A stretch of 63,911 nt of DNA, counting the filler, from Sphacelaria rigidula (lineage: Eukaryota), in NCBI GenBank assembly GCA_964200075.2. It is 11 parts of 11 records of this genome, joined end to end, with 100 filler letters (N's around TTAATTAATTAA, not from the genome) between each part and the next. Parts side by side here need not be neighbours in the genome. Positions count along the whole stretch, not along the records: positions 46,555 to 52,273 come from CAXNAA020024993.1; positions 52,374 to 58,092 come from CAXNAA020024994.1; positions 58,193 to 63,911 come from CAXNAA020024995.1; 8 more parts are not named here. One strand, 5' to 3'. The stretch's first letter is position 1. Each line of letters begins with the position of its first letter. Shown one piece after another: positions 49,261-62,732 of this stretch. A model generated the notes under the pieces. It saw only the letters and a list, made by a program, of their open reading frames with translations. It was not told the DNA's origin and ran no database searches. The position numbers and the translations under genes were made by a program.

Positions 49261-51074
49261 ACTCGTTGTTATCTAACCGTCTGGGACGTGCGACACTTCA
49301 TGTTTGAAGCAACTGCATTGGTTGAACAGTATGCACGAGGTCACCACTAGGGACCGCATTGTACACGGTATGATATCATTGGGGGTTGTCTCCGCGCACA
49401 GAGGGTCTGCTTCGCTATAGCTTGGGGATGCCGGCGTTGGAATTCCCTCGGCCATATTGCTCCGAAAAGAGGTCTGCACCCAAGGGGGTTATGAAAGTGA
49501 ATATTCCTACATTCTTTATGGGGGGCGGATAAGGCCAGGTTTTCCACAAAGGAACCAATCTGAAGTGTTGCTGCAAACAGCGAAATGTTGTATCTTCTGT
49601 AGTTCATAACACGCGCCTTTACAGCACTTGATTTTGTTTTCACCCATATACCAACGCATAGTATGTGTGAAGTCCTACACAACACAGCCATGAATGATGT
49701 TGCTTTGTCCAGTTGAACCACTCGCGCTTCCCGGCAAGTGTAGAATCACTCAAGAACTCGGACGGAGCGGAAAGAAAACTACGCCGTTTGGCTAAGAGTA
49801 CCGCAGTTTCAGATTTGTAAAAGTACATCATTTCTGGTGGTGAAAACGTGAGAACGTGAGCAACAAGAAGAGATAGCGTGAAAAGCGCAGTCATGGCCCA
49901 GCGTTTGTAAACCGCCGTTCGGCCAACATCGACCTCATCCGAAGTCAGGGGGAGAACTATCGCATGGGACATGTCCTATATCACTGTACCGCAGCACAAA
50001 CACACTCAGGCTCTGTCTCTTGTGCTGTAGCTGTCGCTGCGCTGTGGTGTCTCCAGATCTTCTCGAAGACGGTTTGGTCGTTCGTCTCCTCGAAAAGTCA
50101 TGCTGTCAACCCTGTCTCAACACTTTGAACACTCTAGACACCGTTCCTGTTGACACCTTCATGGTGTGTTGGCTATTTCGTCTCGAGTCAAGGGAACAAG
50201 GCGCTTCCCAAATCCACCATTTCTGTGCTGTAGTTGTAGCTATGCTGTTGTGCATTTGAACACTTTACGGCGAACATGGTGTAATGTGCCCTGGAGAGTG
50301 CCCGAACAGCTGTAGTGCTGCATGCGGTGTTTCGGTAAGCACAGAAGTGGGGTGAGATAAAAGTGCTACACTAGCTACTGTCTGTACAGGAAGGTGAAAC
50401 GATGAAACCATCACGTGACGACTGTACTGTGCAGCTGTCTGTGGCGTCCCCGTCCGTACTTCAACTATAGTCGGGTGCTGGGATCGGAGAGGACACGCAA
50501 GGCGGACGCGTGCACGTTGGTGCGAACAAACTGAGCCAGCACGGAGCTGCTCTATCCCAGGCGTTTGATGACAGGAGCTGTCTGCCTTGATGTCCCATGT
50601 AATAGTTCTTCCCCCCATTTCAGACGGGTGCTCATTTTTCGAAAATTTTGAACAGCTGGTCACGAAACCGACCAATATAGAACAAAATCGTCAAGATTTT
50701 TACCTCGAAAAATTTGAACGGACTCAAAAAAGTGCAATTTTTTGGCCAAGCGTTCAGAATCGGGACGATTCTGAACGCTTGAGCACCTGTTCAAAAGTTA
50801 GCACAAGAAGTAAAATGGGAGATGTCATGTTTTGTTGTACAGCAGCGCACGCAGACGGCTCTCTCATGTGCTGCATCTGTCACTGCACAACCGTGTATTT
50901 AAACTTTGCCAAACCTGTCTGGTCTCTGCTGGATTATCTGAGCTGCTGTACTACTATTGCATTCCGAACAACTTCAGTTGGCAGGCAGTGCTGTCTTGCC
51001 GAAGTTGAAAATGCAATGTTGCTGACACGACGCATAAAAGTCACGTGATTATTCATGGGCGAACAGCTGGTTTC

Positions 51075-51390
51075 CATCGCCAGCAGTAGCCACGCGTGCG
51101 AGACACACTCATCGTGCACAGCTCCCACAGAGAGGTACGCACAGCTATATCTCCCAGCAATTCGCCGAGTGAGCAAGCATGGGCCCATCGGTGGGTAGTA
51201 CGGACTAGCGCTTTCCAGCACGGTGGCTATCACGCGCAAGGTGAGAGGGCGTTGTCACACCATCAAAACGCGGACCGTTTCTCGCACGAGGAAGAGCAGC
51301 AACAGCAGTAGCAACCGCAATATCGACACCGGTTGATTGAGACCCACCCCCAGCCGTACACATCTACCGGCAGTAAAGCTGCTGCTGCTG

Positions 51391-51428
<38 letters not shown>

Positions 51429-51930
51429 CATGATATTTTTCCTTTTCGTGTGGTAGACGCGGTTAGTGTTTCGACCCGTGACAATGTCCACCACCCGGCG
51501 CGTTATTGCCTCTCTACTTCGAATCAATTGTCGTTGTCACCCCCACTGCATTTTCAGTACGTATAACTTGTTTTTCCTGTAGTGTACGCTGGCTTTATTC
51601 GCATCACCAGCAATAACAACGCGTGTGAGACACACTCGACGTGCACAGCTACCACAGAGAGATTCGCACTGCTATTTATCCCAGAACTTAGCCGAGTGAG
51701 GAAGCATGGACTCATCGGCGCGTAGTACGGACTAGCGCTTTCCAGCACGGCGGCCATCACGGGCAACGTGCGGGGGCGTTGTCGCACCATCAAAACGCGC
51801 ACCGTTTCTCGCCCGAGGAAAAGCAGCAACAGCAGCGGCAGCAGTGTCGGCACCGGCTGATTCAAACCCACCCACAGCCGTATATATCCACTGGTGGTAA
51901 CGCTGCTGCTGCCGCTGTTGCTATTGCTTT
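51075..51930 (+). repeat. Diverged ~340-bp direct duplication (51075-51425 / 51603-51930) ending in (GCT)n
   Basis: Both carry GTAGTACGGACTAGCGCTTTCCAGCACGG..CACCATCAAAACGCG.ACCGTTTCTCGC. Confidence 0.9.
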
Positions 51931-52373
51931 TTCTCCTTCTCGAGCGGGAGGCCGTCCGCATTTTGACCCGCGACAACGCCTATACACCCTTGCGCGTGAT
52001 TGCCACCCTGCCTGAGGTCGCTGGTCTATTCGTGTGCTGTTTTCGTCATGACATCACTCGTCTTTCCCCCTACATTAGAACGGCGTGTGATTCCTCGTGA
52101 AAATGAATTTGTGAACCGTCACGTCACCATCACTATATACCTGTATCACGAAATGATTACAAGCTGGGCCAGCCTAGAGGCTGCATGAAAGTTTTATGCG
52201 CCGAGCAATATTTAACAGCCGATTTTATATTTTGGGGTTCATACAAAATATGGGGCTGAAGTGGCATATCTGTNNNNNNNNNNNNNNNNNNNNNNNNNNN
52301 NNNNNNNNNNNNNNNNNTTAATTAATTAANNNNNNNNNNNNNNNNNNNNNNNNNNNNNNNNNNNNNNNNNNNN

Positions 52374-53579
52374 CCCCTCCCAGCAAAGGGCCTCAAGATA
52401 CAGATCTTACCGTTCCGAACAACCGCGGCACCCCGCCCAATGCCGTTGGCACGGATCTTCCACCCCCCTCTCAATACACCAGATATCACATACTGCACCC
52501 GCTGCTTGCTGTATACAACACCGCCGTATGTAGTAAGGAGGAGTGATGTCCACGGGGCATTTACGGTATAGCGTCGTGTGTCCTGCTGCGATAGTACTAC
52601 TACTGCTGTACACGCTGCTATGTAGAGTATCATTAAGGAGTGATGTGTGTAAAACGAGGTATATAGACTGCAGTGCTTGCTATGACAACAGCAGGTCTCT
52701 TTCTCTCTCTTTCAAGCAATCAGTAGTAGTAAAAAGAGACCTCGGCGCTACTCATAGGACCGTAACACCAAGAAGCCTTGCAGACATCGGTGTCGCCGAC
52801 AACCCGAGGAATCTTTCTCGTGGCTAGAAGTTCCCTATGGACAGAATAAAGAAGTACGGTGGGTTGTGGACAGAACCGCGAAGCATGTTGGGTTCGCAGG
52901 ACTGGGACTGACATTGTTGTCGAGTACGAAATACGTCAAGAATACTATTGAGGTGGCATGGAATGAAAACATCAATAACAATATACGGAGACGTACTAAT
53001 ATCATGCAGAAGAAGGCAGGGTGCTTCCGCCTGGAGTCGTTCGCCTGCATACGGCTCGCGGACAAACAACGCACGCATGTCCCTTTGTGTGTGTAGCCAA
53101 TCGTAACTTCTGCTGTATCCCTTCCCGAAAATAATTCGGATGCAAATGACAAATTACCATGTATATCTACGATATCTGAGGCCTGATTGCTTGAAAGAGA
53201 GAGAGAGAGACCTGCTGTTGTCACAGCGAGCACTGCAGTCTATATCTCTCTAAAAATATACAGCTACGTATAACGAAGCGTTTTACACACATCACTCCTT
53301 AATGATACTCCACATAGCACGTGTACAGCAGTAGTAGTACTATCGCAGCAGGACACACGACGCTATACCGTAAATGCCCCGTGGACATCACTCCTCCTTA
53401 CTACATACGGCGGTGTTGTGTACAGCAAGCTGTGTACAGCAAGCAGCGGGTGCAGTATGTGATATATATCTGGTGTATTGAGAGGGGGGTGGAAGATCCG
53501 TGCCAACGGCATTGGGCGGGGTGCCGCGGTTGTTCGCAACGGTAAGATCTCTATCTTGGGGCCCTTTGCTGGGAGGGGG
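52374..53579. mobile_element. Foldback element with ~350-bp inverted arms (52374-52720 / ~53185-53579) and a ~460-bp spacer
   Basis: Arms are near-exact reverse complements with small indels; the left arm is cut by the contig start. Confidence 0.92.
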
Positions 53580-54481
53580 AAGTGATTGCGTCGAAGATGG
53601 CCGATGGAAGAGACTGATTTCCCGTCACATGTGGGTACAATTTCCAAAAACAAGGGTACAGTTGGGAGAAAAGTAGTCACGGCAGGGTATACCGTGACCG
53701 TCTACTGCCGCCGCTGGGTGAAAATGGTCGTTGGTCAATCAGCTGCTCTCATTTCTCCTCCAAACAAAGAGGGTGCCCAGGTTTGTCGCTAATGCATCAT
53801 GGTATACCCTACTGTGACGTTTGCCCCCCCCCAAAAAATGGGGGACGAAGTGGCGTGTTGGCACATACATCCTGTACATCGTGTCAAATTTTATAAAAAA
53901 CAACCTGAAACCCAGCTGTTGAATCGCGTGTTCACATCCCTGTCCGCGTCTTATGCGGCCCAGCCTGTGGATGTATCTCAAACTCGGTCCCCGGTTGCCT
54001 GGTTCGTTTTCATACTTTCAAGTGAAAGCGATGGCGATTCATCAGATGATGAGACCTTTTGACCGCCAGATCAGGTCCTCCTATGAGCCGCCATCACTTC
54101 CACTCGAAAAAGTAGTACAAAAGCCAGAGCTAGCCAAAAAACCAGGAAACCGGGAACCGAGCTCGAGATACCTCTACTAAACCATTCGGTGGTGAGATGC
54201 ATATGAAGAGCAGCGCCCACGGTTTGGCTGAAACTGATTTGTTGAGATATGTTCGAATAACATTTTAACGCGCGTTGCATTGGTTCAACTGCACGGCGGC
54301 GTACGACTTGGGGTCAAAGACTTTCTCATACATGCAGAGGACTCGTTTTGGTATCTGCGCTTTAGTGTAGGTGTTAGGGGTGCGCGTGATTCGGTGGTGT
54401 ACTCCGCCCATCGTTGAGATTGTGAAGCGCCTGGTGGTTCGAGGTTGGTGATCTGAACTTCATGGACCGCGTGGAGACAAC

Positions 54482-54685
54482 CAAGGGCAGGTCGAGTAGA
54501 GTATACTCAATTGCGGGGTGTTTTTAAAGTCGTACTTGAAGTACACAAATTGGGGGTAGGATTTCAGGGATCACTTCCACGTAGTTTTTGGGTACGAGTA
54601 TTAACACTCTCCCCCAATTTGGGTACCTCAAGTACGTCTTTCAAAATACCCCGCAATTGAGTATACTCTACTTGACCTGCCCTTG
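54482..54685. mobile_element. P-superfamily-like (or hAT-like) MITE
   Basis: TIR CAAGGGCAGGTC(G/A)AGTAGAGTATACTCAATTGCGGGGT of ~75 bp; 8-bp flanks GAGACAAC/GAGACAAG. Confidence 0.88.
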
Positions 54686-54699
54686 GAGACAAGAAAAAC

Positions 54700-57600
54700 T
54701 AGGCTTCACTGCATAAAGAAAATGCTAGCAGGTGCTGCCAGTTTCTCCTTTACGTACCATTCTGTGAGAAAAACGTTGCCTCTAGCGTCCTTTTCCAAGT
54801 CCCTCTCTTTCGTTTACGCGGATGTGGTGTTCGGCGACTGCACAGAGGTCGAGGGCAACATGGTATCTGGTTGTACCGTGGAACAGGGCCATGTTCCAAT
54901 AATCGCGTTAATCCTCCATTTTTTGCATGCGCCCAGTGATGACTTACGTCATATTCTAATCCTATCCTCTCCCGTTCACGCATGTGTCAACTCTTTCGTG
55001 CCGCCCTTGTCGATGCCGTCGGTAAAATAGATGTCGGGCCACCACAAGAAGGGGAAGTAAAGTGGGGATTATTATCATGAGAAACCTCCCAGGGGCGGCA
55101 CTTGGCGGGCGATCTCCCTCATGTAAATACAACAGAAGAGCGCAAGGAAACTTTTTTTTCTTTTTTGAGATTGTGAAGTTGGGTATGAAACGACGGCTTT
55201 TGAGGCTTTGAAACGATGGTGTTATGTGTGCGAGTGTGTACGTGTGTGCGTGCGTGGAGCGAGGTGGACTACCGCTAGTGGTGAAGGGAATGATGTGTTC
55301 CGTGCCGATGTGGTCACTAGCTTTTTTTCTGTAGAAGGAAGACGTGACAAACCAACGGATGCCCGTATTTGTGTGGCTTGTCGACCGGAGTTATGTTGTG
55401 CAGTAATGAAACTCTCGTCAAAGTTACTGGCCTCGCCGGAAGAGCCTCGAATCGGACATGCGTGCGCACGAAAGCGGGTGGGTGATGGCAGGGAGTGGCC
55501 TTCCGAATCAGTCTACATTGATGTCGACCCTCGCGACTCCGCCACCATTCTCCAGTACACGTTTGTTACGGCATGGCATCACTTCTACCAAAATGTGCGA
55601 GTTGCCCCCTTCATGTTCTTTGTTTCGCACTTCGCGATTTTGTCTGCTCCTCGAAGATGTGGCGAACTAGCTATAACTTCCCACGTTGCTCCCGCGTCCG
55701 CGCGAGGCCCCCGCGCTGAACCGCGCTGGTGGGTCGATGTCTTTTTATTGTACCGCAGTTTCCAACAACGTTTTTTCATGCTCGGATTGTTGGATTAGGC
55801 AACTAATGAGTATAACATCACTTTTGAAAATGCAAATAACGAGCTTGGTGTCGAGGGTGTTGTTTGTGGGGGGAGGGAAGCGTGCTTGTTACATTTTTGT
55901 CTTGTCTCGCTGGGAGGGGATGTGGGGATCGTTAAAGCTTTCGCTGTTGCGTCAAATGTGTCGAAGAAGGAACGAGAGCATCCTCTGGAGGTCCTGTGAT
56001 GCCGTGCGAACGAGCGATCAATTGTGCGTTGTCTTGTGTAGTGCGCTACTCTCGTGTGCCTGTGTTTTTTACTTGGGTGTACTCTTGGCTTTATTGGTGT
56101 CGTTCTCCGTGCACACTTACGCCACCAGAGGATGGAAATCTCCGGTTTTCTTCAACATTTTCCAACGTTTTGGGGCTACACCTCTGGCCTCGCGAAGCGG
56201 CGCTGAGATATTCAGGGTTGTAATCGCGTTGTCATGGGGGATTCTTGGTGGAAACGGTGTTGGTATTCGGGTGCACTCGCAAATATGAGCTTCGTCAGCC
56301 AGTGGTCTGTCACTCGTCACGTTCAGGAGCGCGCGGGGGGAGGGGGGAAGGGGGGGGTCGCTGGGATGTGATTAAACAATACATTCCATGCTGAGCGCAT
56401 TCGGTGTAGTAGCTTGGGTCCGCACTGAATGTGGTACGTCACACGGTGGAGACAGCTTTTGGAGTGTCGAAATTGTTGATCCCGTGTAGAGGTCGTTAAC
56501 TACGATCGACTCACAAAGGTGGGCACTTGACACACTACTGTGAGCCGGTGAAAACTCAGCAGGTGACATCTCAAAATCACAAATATGTTATTTTCAGTAC
56601 CAGCGTAGACTTTTGTGGGCGCATATTTCCTTAATCGGAGATGAATACGTGCATGGCACTCGAAAGAGAAGTCTTGCAGGTTCGAGTTTTGGAAGAAAAC
56701 ATGAAACGGAAAACGTTCGTTGCGTAGAACTTGAAACTAACGCCGAATCCCGGAGAAAAGTGGGTGCTTTCGAGCTGGTGTAGTTCGCTACTGCTTGGAC
56801 CAGTTTCTCGATGCATGGTCTCGACCGTCGCTCACTGGCTCACCTGAAACATTTTGGAACAGTGACCTTGAAAGCAAAGATCGCTCGACTTTCCTTTGGT
56901 TTCAAATTCGGGTGGCTTCTGACTTTGAGGGGTTACTGCGGCACGATTGAAGAGAAAACCCAGTAGAGTCGTCGGGCGGTTACAGCCACAGCCTCTCAAA
57001 AGAGCGAAAACCCACAGGCAGCGCAAAGTCAACATAATACGTCGGACGCGAATAAGTTCACTGGTGTTGCTGTTCGGTGCGTCGTTGACCGTTCCCCCGC
57101 CAGGTTGGGTCATTTCCTGCATTGGCAGCATTCTTCACTCCCAGTCCGAGAATGGGTGTAAGGTCCGAAATGAGTACCATGGCGCTCAATTGGTCGAGAA
57201 ACGCCGGAATTCCACCCATATCAACACGCGAGATGGCAGCTTCTGTTCGAAAGTCAGCGTTGCATACAAAATATTCGTGGTTTCGATGTGTCCTCATTGA
57301 TGAATGAAATGCATTCCTCAATATCAGGTGAAGCGATGCCGATTCAGCAGAACATCTACCGTGAGCAACGCTCTCGTGAGATCGAGAGTGGGTTCTAATA
57401 TTTGCTTGAGCGTCACCAACTTTTATTCTGTGTACTTTTCTTCGCCCACGACACTGTCGTGTGCTTGAAGCTACGCGTCGATATCTTACTCGAGGATATT
57501 GAGGGCTTGAGTGGCAAGCTGCTACAGAAGGGGTATGGGGTGTCGCGGAGGGGCATTCCGAAACGGAGAGTATTTATTTATTTTTTGTCGACCGCTTCTC

Positions 57601-58070
57601 GCTCATAATCGTTTCCTCGACGACCCTCAACCTCACAACAACACTGTTCGTAGCCGTCATGGGGTCGATGCAAATGGCGTTGCGGAACATTTAGTTCCAG
57701 GGTCATGAGCTGTACGAGTGGTGAGAAGGAAATATCCGTTTTGAACGAACATCACATGAAGGGAATGAGCATGTCAACCATCGAAACATTCCTGAAGCGC
57801 TGTAGGTTAAGCGCGTTATGAAAACACGCCGTACACCAAGCAGGTCAACAAAGCTCTCAATCTCACAAAAGCATGGATGTTTCTGTGAGATTGAGAGCAA
57901 AGCGCTGATTGAGAGTGGGTTCCATCATTCGCTTCAAGTTGACCAACTTTTCTTTCTGTATGTGCCTTTCTCTGCCTGTACCACTGGCGTGCGTGCTTAC
58001 AGCTACACGTCGATATAACAGCGGATCCTAATTTTTGGGGTTGAAACAAAATATGAGGTTGAAGTCCCAT
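54700..58070 (-). pseudogene. Heavily decayed coding region, possible NTPase/SF3 helicase remnant
   Basis: Protein-like stretches broken by stops; FMFSSKTRTCKTSL (~56660-56705) then IVVNDL (~56490-56510); duplicated peptide KLV.LK..(L/M)EPTL. Confidence 0.25.
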
Positions 58071-59044
58071 CCCTCCCTTGCAGGGAAGATACNNNNNNNN
58101 NNNNNNNNNNNNNNNNNNNNNNNNNNNNNNNNNNNNTTAATTAATTAANNNNNNNNNNNNNNNNNNNNNNNNNNNNNNNNNNNNNNNNNNNNGGACGTGC
58201 TGACACAATCCGCGAGATCAAAATGACAGGCACGTACTGGGGGAGAGATGAGTTGTTCCCTTGAGACCACGGACTCATCCCGAGGAAGGGGACGGGTTCA
58301 AAGTGTGAGAAAAAAAAAAGAATTCTGCGGATCCGCCTCGGGCGAGGGGTTCCGTCCCGTAGATCACAACTGGAAATTATCTCTAGAGTGCCCCATGATA
58401 TATAAGCGTCCTCTGGCCCCCGATTTCAGGGAGGTGTCTAGTTGCGTTAATTTATGCTCACCTCTGCGTGTCTGGGGAAGATAGGGGCATTTCAAGGGAA
58501 AATACACCATCTCGGGCACCGCCTTCTGAAGAGGGGCTCTAAAGGAGAAAGGCATGCTTCATTTGCCAGGACCTAATTAAAGATACCCGACAGCTTCGTA
58601 CCGTATTGATGGATGCTACAGACAGCATGAAGACGGCAGAGTGACAAACTCTCTATCTGAGGTACCTCGAAATTTCCAAGCGGATGTACGTGTGCGAGTG
58701 AAGACTCCTTCAACAAATACTAATACAGCAATATCTCGATACGTATTTGTTCTTGTTCATAGAGAGGTTTTGAGGATTTCTTCGCGGGGATCAACACACT
58801 AAAAACAAGAGCCACGAACGCCCTTCCAACAAGGAACAACTTGACATGATGAACATATCATAATATAAAAATACATGTACACGCAAAACCGAACCGCTAT
58901 TCATCGCTAATACGCCAGCGCACCAATACAGAAACTCCCTGCCCCCTCTCCCCCCCCGAAACCAAGCCTACACGCACACGGATAACTTCCCCGCACAGTC
59001 ATCCACCACCAACCTCTCTCCCGTGTACCCATGTTCGTGCTCAC

Positions 59045-60287
59045 CTCGATGTGTCCGTTTGCCGCAGTCCAATCCATGATCATCTTATTCGACGGGCATC
59101 GCTCGGTCCGATTATGGAAGAGCCACTTCAACACCTCGATATGTCCGAACTTGGCGGCGAGGAACAGCGCACCCCCGGTGCACCCTTCCGACCTGTTCCT
59201 GTGGAGCCACTGCACTACCGACAGCCAGCCGTTGCGCGCGGCGCCGTCCATCGCCTCCGTCGTGCAGCCCTGACGTCAGCGCAGCGTGTGAAGCAATTTG
59301 TGATGACGCACTTCATCACCAACAAAGTACTACCAGCGTTATTTACCCGCCAAATAGGTTATTGTCGAGGATAGGATTATGACAACCAGGTTTCCCGCAT
59401 CCCGTCAACCTCTCGTCGCCCTGCTTTTGGGTACAGGCGTTTTCTGCTTCTTCCCTGCTTCTGCTCCGATTAGCACTGTTATGTTCTGTGCGGGTTCGAA
59501 TCGGCCACCTCCGGCCCCATCTGGCCGTTGATGATGAGCTAAACAAAAGGATCACAACCGGGCGCGGCGTACGCGTAACCTATCGATAATAAGACAGAGG
59601 ATCCGCTTCGCGCAATGTACTTTTGACTTCTGATTGGATCCTGACATCTCCCGTTTCACGGACGTCTGCAGGATTGTACCCACCTCGCTCCGATTCTCGT
59701 GCAACCATTGTACCATCTCCAATCGCCCCTCGGTCGCCGCCCCGTCAAGAGCCTTTTCTGTACAACCTTCAGTGCGGTTTTCATGCAGCCACTGATGACA
59801 TGCAATAGTATCCAGTATTCCACAAGCAACGAGAAGGAGGACACAGGACGAACACGCACCAAAATAATAAATAATAGAAAAAAGGTTGTGGAGTGAAGAG
59901 AGGTACGTACAGCAAATTAGCCTGGCGCTCGTATCTCAGCCTGACGCTCTCATCTCCTTGTCATACACACCCTGTTGCATCTCTCCTCCCCCGTTTCAGC
60001 TTTTTCCCGTCAATTTTACGTCGGGGTTGACGGCTATATCTTACGGCCCAGGCTGGATTCGTTGAGGGTCGGCAAAACACGTGCCACAATCCATGAATCA
60101 TGTCACATTCATCACATAAATCCGATCATCGAGCGGTTTGCGATATCGACTCTCCAACAAGCGCATGTACGTTACCGAGTATTCAACACACCTGGACGAC
60201 GTCCATGTGCCCCTTGGTCGCTGCCCCATTCATGGCGAATCTCGTACAACCCCCCTCTGGCCGATGTTCATGTAGGAACTTCACAAT
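59045..60287 (-). CDS. Ankyrin-repeat protein, exons 60192-60287, 59684-59791, 59045-59269 (all phase 0)
   Basis: [91 protein letters not shown]..; canonical splice sites. Confidence 0.95.
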
Positions 60288-60921
60288 CTGTTTTTTTGTG
60301 TGTGTGTCAACACCAACAAGGCACAAACAAAAGATAGACGGGTGGGGGAGGTGGGGGTGGAGGGGGGGAGCGGGCGGCTCATGACTTCGGTGAAAAAGGA
60401 CGCAACCTACATATATGGGGGTGTACTCATGATCACGCATGCCATAGTCATGAGATAGTTGACCTCGCATCCCTACGAAGCCGGGACGGAGCACGCTGGG
60501 TTTTCGCCGTACCAGGCTCGCAATCAATGACCAAGCGCGAAGCGCCGTGGTGTGTTCGGCAAGTCGCACGAAGGGTGAGCTGCATCCTCCCAAGATTGTT
60601 CGGCTCGAAGCCTGCTGATTATCGCGAATTTGGATGACAGCCTTCAGTGAGTTGCTTCATAGTCTGGTATCGCCACTTCCTATGTGGGAAGGGACCAAAG
60701 CATACGAGTTATTTGGGCGGGATGCTCATCACTTTAATCGTAGCTTCTGTATGCTGAAACGTCTTATATGAGCCACATGAGGAATTGTCGAGTCGTATTA
60801 GGATAGTGACGAGATGCAAAGCACCGCAATGCACTGCAATGGGATGGTAGCCTGTGACCACGGAAGACGTCCGAGTCAGATGCCCAGTACAGCACTGCGC
60901 AGAGACTGGAANNNNNNNNNN

Positions 60922-60986
<65 letters not shown>

Positions 60987-60987
60987 C
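60922..60987 (+). repeat. (AAC)n microsatellite
   Basis: Pure trinucleotide run next to a 10-N gap. Confidence 0.97.
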
Positions 60988-61667
60988 TGCCTTCATCCAC
61001 TTCAATGCGCCAACAATCAAAAATAATTTAATAAATCGATCACTCATCTGCGTACGCCGTCGGCCAAAACTGGGTACCTGACTTGTGAGATAACTCTCAC
61101 AACCAGGGTAGTGAGCACCATGCCCTACGGCATAGTACGAGCTGGGCCAGCATAAAAACGGCTAAAAGTTGTCCAAACTACAGCTTTCCAAGTTTCCCGA
61201 ATGAACGCCATATATGTACATCACTGTGAAAAGCAGACCAACCTGATGAACACACGACACTTGGTGGCAAACTGGCGGGGATAGGCAAGCACAGATTTTT
61301 GCGCACGAATTTATATTCAGCGGCTAATCTCGAAGCCTCAGAGCCAAGCGAATCTGAAAAACAGACTAGGCTCCTCTCTGTGGGGTGATGCAAGGTGTCC
61401 GAGACGTGTGTTGGCGGTTTTCCCTGTTTGGGGTTCAAGAGGTGGGCCAAACGTCCCAAAAGCGAACAATCCATGGGCCAAAAATCTGTGTGCCATAACA
61501 TCCGGCCTCGCTGCACATACATTTGAAAATCCCGCAATCTTGCGTGTGCATTTTCAAGGCCGATTCTTTCGGGTACGGCCACGGAAAGGAAAACATTTCT
61601 CCCGCGAAATGCCAGTTTTGAAACAAGGCCATCTCTTGGACTCCTTCCCATGTATCAATAAACTCTT

Positions 61668-62074
61668 TTGTTGAAAGGTGCCATTTTCGCCCTTCTCCGT
61701 CGTTTTCGCCAGAGAAGAAAGCCAGCCGGATGTTCGCACCTTGGAATGACTTGTTCTAGTTGTTGAGACCGTTCCGGAGCAGCTTTGCGTTTTCCGTAGG
61801 TCACAGTTTTGTTTTTGCAAACTTGCATTTTCACCACTAAACGATCAAGTCATGAAAAAAAAATGGAAAAAACAGATTATTTTTAATGACTTGACCGCTT
61901 GTTATTGAAAATGAAAGTTTGGTCAAAAATAAAACTGTGACTCAGGGAAAACGCAAAGGAGCTCTGGAACGGTCTCAATGAGTAGAGCAAGTAATATCAA
62001 GGTGTCAACATCTGCCTCACCCTCTTTCCGGGCGAAAAAGGACGATTAAGGGCCAGAGTGGCACTTTTCAACAA
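61668..62074. repeat. Diverged palindrome with ~190-bp arms
   Basis: TTGTTGAAAGGTGCCA..TTGAGACCGTTCC..TTTGCGTTTTCC mirrored by GGAAAACGCAAA..GGAACGGTCTCAA..TGGCACTTTTCAACAA. Confidence 0.88.
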
Positions 62075-62732
62075 GTTCTTTCTTCTTCCACCCTAAAGTG
62101 GAATAAGCACCTCTTCACTGACGATTTTGGGTCTAAACTCGATATTTTCCCTTTTCTGAGTCTGCACTGGATCCCTCTCAGAGACTGCAGCAAGTGCTTC
62201 CGAGGAGGCACGAATTTGCGAAGCTCCGTACTCCGACGAAAATCCGCGCTCAATCGCCAGAAGGGGTTGTTCTGGAAGGATGGTAGATATAGACTTACAT
62301 ACTACAGTACCTGAGAACGAATAACGAATGACGTTTTTTTTTTACATTTACGATAAATCGTCTGCTCTTCTTCCATCCCTCCGTTTTCCGTTTTTTCCTG
62401 TCTTTTTTGTCCCCATGCTGCATCAGCGTTCGTGTCTCGTTCCTGCCGAATTGATGGGTGAGACTTTGTGCTCATCTGCTACAGTCTAGCCCTTAGATAG
62501 CTAGGTCGCAGCCTCCTTCCACGGCCTTATTTTACTAATTTTGTGTTTGCACGCCCTCGTGACCTGAAGCAATGACTGATGCGGCGGGGAGAGGGGGCAG
62601 GGGCCTGCGTTTTGTTCTGTTTTTTTCGGCCGGTATTACATTTGATCCTTGCGCTTCTTTCATTTCTCGTTGCCTTTCCTTTCCTTCCGTCATTTCTGCC
62701 ACTTTGTACTTGACGAGTACTCCCATTCTGAC

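Noticed and set aside
5721..58192. TTAATTAATTAA recurring every ~5.82 kb as a biological periodic repeat or array
   Set aside because: It is an N-padded six-frame-stop linker joining length-sorted contigs
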